DNA of 64,000 nucleotides from positions 608,001 to 672,000 of the forward strand of contig CAXVYR010000003.1 in NCBI GenBank assembly GCA_963666975.2, in the 5' to 3' direction. The DNA comes from Terriglobia bacterium. GTDB lineage: Bacteria; Acidobacteriota; Terriglobia; 2-12-FULL-54-10. A model generated the notes under the pieces. The model was not told the DNA's origin. It ran no database searches and was given only the letters and a program-made list of their open reading frames with translations. How positions within the stretch are numbered: position 1 is the first letter of the stretch; each line of letters begins with the position of its first letter. Positions 60,373 to 64,000 of this stretch are shown one piece after another. The position numbers and the translations under genes are program-made.

Positions 60373-61821
60373 GAAGGTGTCCCAAACTCAGTTGCAGGTT
60401 GGGACGGCGGGTTGAGTTCATATTACGCCACTTCCTCCTTGTGAGAGGAAGCAGCGTTTGGACTTCGGCCGAGAATCGATGCCAAAGCCCAGAGATCGTG
60501 ATAACCCATGATCTTCCGGAAATTCTTCTCGGTCAGCAGAAACGCTCCTGCCACCCAGCGCAACGTCATCTCGCCGTCGCGCCAGCGGCAAACATTGCCA
60601 GTCTTTTTCCGCACGCCCGACTGCGGGCTCTCGATGAGGTTCGTGGTTGCCAGGCAGCGGTGGAGGCTGGGAGGAACGTCGGCTCGATTGATCGTAAAGG
60701 TCTCCTCCAACCCTTCGCGCAAGCTGGCGGCTGCTGCCGGATGATCGCACTCGATCATCCCAGCGAGCTTTTTTATGCGCACGATGCCTTCCTCGGCTTG
60801 GGGCAATCGCCAGGCGGCGCGCATCAGCGACCGCACCTGATTCGCCAGCATTTTGTCGCCCTTTGGTAACCGCTCAGCCACGTTGCGCAGCTTATGAGTA
60901 CGGCAACGCTGCACCAGCTGATTGCTGCCGAATACTTCCTCGATCCCCGCGCGGAGCGCTTTGGCGCCGTCGATCACAAACAGATAGCGCTGATCCGTGC
61001 GCAGACCTTGCTGGCGCAGGCGGGTGAGAAGGTCTTTCACCGCAGCGGCGTTTTCGGTCGCGCCCAGTTGAATCCCCAGCACATGCTTGCGGCCCTCGCT
61101 GTCCACGCCCACGGCGCTGATGACGTGGTGGGAGCCGAACCGCATTCCGTCCAGGTAAATCACCAGAATCTCGACCTCCTCCCAGCGCCGCGCCAACAGT
61201 TCTTCCAGCCGCCGCGCTCCTTGCTCGGCCGCTTCCCGGCTCACCTGAGACTTCGACACCCCAGCGCTGTTGGCCATCTCCGGGATCACCTCGCGGTAGT
61301 TCCGCGTCGAAACCCCTTTCAACAGTGCCTCGAACATCTCCTCGCCCGTCTTCTCGCTTTTCCGCAGCGCTTCGTAGGCCGGCACCGCTTCTTCCCCTCC
61401 GCCCTTCCGGCGCAGCCGGGGCCGCTCCACCCGCAGCTGGCGATCGGCCAGTTTCACCCTCCCCAATTGCCGGCCATGCCAGCGCACCTCTCCGCTCGCC
61501 TTCCCGGGACTCTTTGGCCCCGCGATTTGCTCTGCGCTCATGCTCAGAATCGTTTCAATCAAACCTCGCCCGGCCCGATCAATCACCTCATCCAACGCCA
61601 GACGCGCCTCCGTGATCAGATCCACCACCGGCAACAGCATCTGTCCGTTGGTTTGGCAAAACTTCTGGATGGTTTCTTCGGCTCCCTTGGAACCCAGTTC
61701 CAAAACGTGATATTTTCCCTTCATTCGGCGGTTCTCCTTCTATAGGATTTAGGCTTGGCCCGATTCTATTCGATTCGGGCCGAACCGCCGTTCAACCTTC
61801 AACTATGTATGGGACACCCTC
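60373..61821 (-). mobile_element. IS256-family element copy 5 (1449 bp), TSD ATGGATTT
   Basis: TIRs and perfect 8-bp TSD. Confidence 0.97.
60423..61724 (-). CDS. IS256 transposase
   Basis: 433 aa, near-identical to copy 1. Confidence 0.96.
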   Translation of the reverse strand: MKGKYHVLELGSKGAEETIQKFCQTNGQMLLPVVDLITEARLALDEVIDRAGRGLIETILSMSAEQIAGPKSPGKASGEVRWHGRQLGRVKLADRQLRVERPRLRRKGGGEEAVPAYEALRKSEKTGEEMFEALLKGVSTRNYREVIPEMANSAGVSKSQVSREAAEQGARRLEELLARRWEEVEILVIYLDGMRFGSHHVISAVGVDSEGRKHVLGIQLGATENAAAVKDLLTRLRQQGLRTDQRYLFVIDGAKALRAGIEEVFGSNQLVQRCRTHKLRNVAERLPKGDKMLANQVRSLMRAAWRLPQAEEGIVRIKKLAGMIECDHPAAAASLREGLEETFTINRADVPPSLHRCLATTNLIESPQSGVRKKTGNVCRWRDGEMTLRWVAGAFLLTEKNFRKIMGYHDLWALASILGRSPNAASSHKEEVA

Positions 61822-62147
61822 ATGGATTTGCCTGGAACCCAGTTTCACGGCCCCAGACTGTGATGTAAACTCTCTCACTGAGACTGGTACAAAAGATCGG
61901 TCTGGTCACTCAAGGCGAAAACGGTCTACTCTGGAACGAAACATCAACAACTTAGAGATCGCTAAGAAGCGCTCAAATGGAGCTCAAACCGTTCACTCGA
62001 CAGTACTGAATCCGCAGGTCAATCCGAAGTTCCGCCCGAGTGACGGCGTACTCGGAAATGATCTTCATTTTCTTCCCATCTGAACCCGACAAGTGGGGAC
62101 GTGGACCTGAATTCGTTGACGCGATCCAGAAGTCAGCTCCGAGGAAG

Positions 62148-62639
62148 TTAGGGGCGAACGGCACTCGCTGGATTAGATCCCGATAAACGGCTGATCATCG
62201 CGACTGCCATCTTACAGCCCCAGATGCAGCTCGTGCACTTGTCATCGTAGGTTTGCGCAGCAAGTCGCCGATGGCCGCGTTCACGATAGACGGCAAGGTC
62301 CGGTGGGACACCGTGCCATGGTGGTGGCTGTGCCTGTTCATCGCTAGATCGTGCGACTACTTTCAGTTTGCTGACCTTGTAGAGTTCGGCAGTCTCAAGA
62401 CGCGGGTCGGAAACCGGCAGTGCTTCGCCGCTTAGGGTGTCACCAACTTTGACCTGGTGTCTGGTGTGAGCGGCTTCTCCCACGCCAACGAGAAATTCGC
62501 CTTCCTCACCTCCAAGACTACCGCGTACCCGAAGCACGTAACCCTGATACGTGTGATTCCGTTGGTCGAAGGAGCGATTCAATCGGATACGCGATTGTAC
62601 CGAAGTCAACACGCCGCTCCGTGGGATTTTCTCAGCCAT
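62148..62639 (-). CDS. Hypothetical protein with C-terminal CxxCxxGC, probably truncated
   Basis: RIRLNRSFDQR.H.Y.GY, YRERGHRRL, CTSCIWGC; tail looks degenerate. Confidence 0.6.
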   Translation of the reverse strand: MAEKIPRSGVLTSVQSRIRLNRSFDQRNHTYQGYVLRVRGSLGGEEGEFLVGVGEAAHTRHQVKVGDTLSGEALPVSDPRLETAELYKVSKLKVVARSSDEQAQPPPWHGVPPDLAVYRERGHRRLAAQTYDDKCTSCIWGCKMAVAMISRLSGSNPASAVRP

Positions 62640-62912
62640 CGCCGCTGATGCCTTCTATGAACCTTGAAAACCAAGTGTACCCCGTGAGAGGGCGACATCT
62701 CTTTATCCTTTCCCCTTCCAACCCACACACTACACTTAGGTTTCAAGTGTTGGAAAAGAGAGCCAATTAGAAGAATCGAACAGGAAGTAAAGGCTAGCCG
62801 TAGGGTACCGTGAGGACGGGATCGGCAGGGAAGTAAATCCCGGTCATTAAAATTGAGCAGGCATTGTGGGTGGTTAAATTTGCGCTCGGATGCCTGCCGG
62901 ATTTCAGACTCA

Positions 62913-63032
62913 TCAGATTCCCGCAGGCACCCGCTGCTTCTGCTCCTCAAACCAGTTCAGCACGACGTTGATTTGGGTCGCCGCCCGCTCGCTTTCCTGG
63001 ACCATCAGGAACCGCTGGCCATCGGGTGTGAT
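62913..63032 (-). pseudogene. Orphan C-terminal fragment of a TolB/WD40-propeller (Ser/Thr kinase-type) protein
   Basis: ITPDGQRFLMVQE...QINVVLNWFEE..QRVP*. Confidence 0.6.
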
Positions 63033-63061
63033 GGATCTATTTAAATCTGGATTTTTCCCCG

Positions 63062-64000
63062 TTAGTTGCCAAACAATAGATCTTCAAGTTTATCAATGCC
63101 CCAAGTCGGACTAGGTAGGGGATCGACGAAGTTTGGGTCCAATGTGGTATCCAAAATCTGCCCGTTTTGAATCACCATGTGAATCTTCCGGGTGTTCCGG
63201 ATGTCCTCCAGCGGGTTTGCATCCAGAATCACAAAATCCGCGTACTTCCCCGGCTCTACGCTGCCCACTTCGTCCCACTTTTGGAACTTCTCGGCCGCGT
63301 ACCGTGTGGCGCCCAGCAGTGCCTGCATGGGAGTCAGGCCCGCGTCCACCAATAATTCCAATTCCCGGTGGAGGTTAATGCCATGCATCTCATAGGGTGT
63401 TGCATCTGAACCCGCCACAATCTTTCCTCCTGCCTCGGAAAACTGTTTCAGAAATAACTGAAGGTTCTTATATGCCTGTTGGTATTTGGGCGTCATTTTG
63501 TACTCGCCGAACTTATCATACGCCATGAAAATCCAGCGGCGATCCAGTTCCGGAATAAAGGCGTAAGCCGGGTCTGCCAACAGGGCCCGGTCCTCCTCCT
63601 CATACTGCTTGGAGAAGCGGTGGCCCCCAAGCCAGTAGCAGACCAGCGTGGGAGTTATCGAAGTTCCCCTCTCCACGAACAACTGGATCAAGTCTGCAAA
63701 CAGCTCCGGCTGCATGTAGTAAAAGCTTTCCGGCAGGGTTGAATGACTCACCATGTAGTGCGGGTCCGTGTACCGGTTCTCTTCGATTTCCTTCAGCTTT
63801 TGCGGATCGGTCATGGTCGCGATTGAAATTCCGCTGGCGTGCTCCAGCGAGTCAATTCCCATCAGGACGGCATCCCGAGCGCTAATGGCAATATGGCCGG
63901 TTACCGGGATTCCAAGGGAGTGAGCTTCCTCGATGACGGCCCGCATCAAGTCGGGCCGTAATTGCTTATAGACCTTTATCCCGTCCACTCCTTTTGTTGC
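63062..64000 (-). CDS. Amidohydrolase family protein, 5'-partial
   Basis: DGIK, EAH...VTGH, SLEH, AGSD, HRELELLV.AG.TP..AL, GSVEPGKYAD. Confidence 0.92.
   Translation of the reverse strand, partial: ATKGVDGIKVYKQLRPDLMRAVIEEAHSLGIPVTGHIAISARDAVLMGIDSLEHASGISIATMTDPQKLKEIEENRYTDPHYMVSHSTLPESFYYMQPELFADLIQLFVERGTSITPTLVCYWLGGHRFSKQYEEEDRALLADPAYAFIPELDRRWIFMAYDKFGEYKMTPKYQQAYKNLQLFLKQFSEAGGKIVAGSDATPYEMHGINLHRELELLVDAGLTPMQALLGATRYAAEKFQKWDEVGSVEPGKYADFVILDANPLEDIRNTRKIHMVIQNGQILDTTLDPNFVDPLPSPTWGIDKLEDLLFGN

Overview
Bacterial chromosomal window. Gene content and repeat types suggest Acidobacteriota (inference). From left to right it holds: a heterodimeric ABC exporter pair, a methyltransferase, mqnC, bioBFAD and recA; a disrupted secreted glycoside-hydrolase-like gene; atpD-atpC without the rest of the atp operon; Lon-N, FKBP and transaldolase genes; and a partial System I* ccm cluster. 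A ~22 kb minus-strand respiratory cluster follows, with a Rieske/split cytochrome b/octaheme cytochrome c complex, an Rrf2 regulator, an A1-type heme-copper oxidase, heme A/O synthases and accessory genes. After tRNA-Arg(ACG) comes a decayed accessory region with amidohydrolases, a DASS transporter, an AprA/SdhA-like flavoprotein, a ferredoxin, a CoA ligase and many IS remnants. A 1449-bp IS256-family element occurs five times (one copy end-truncated) plus a 90-bp fragment. The most notable unexplained structure is a family of CACAGAG-based palindromic repeats that brackets a GxxExxY nuclease-like gene and recurs at neighbouring gene junctions. This resembles a REP/RAYT arrangement but with a PD-(D/E)XK-type protein. 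All calls come from reading the sequence and ORF track; no database searches were run.
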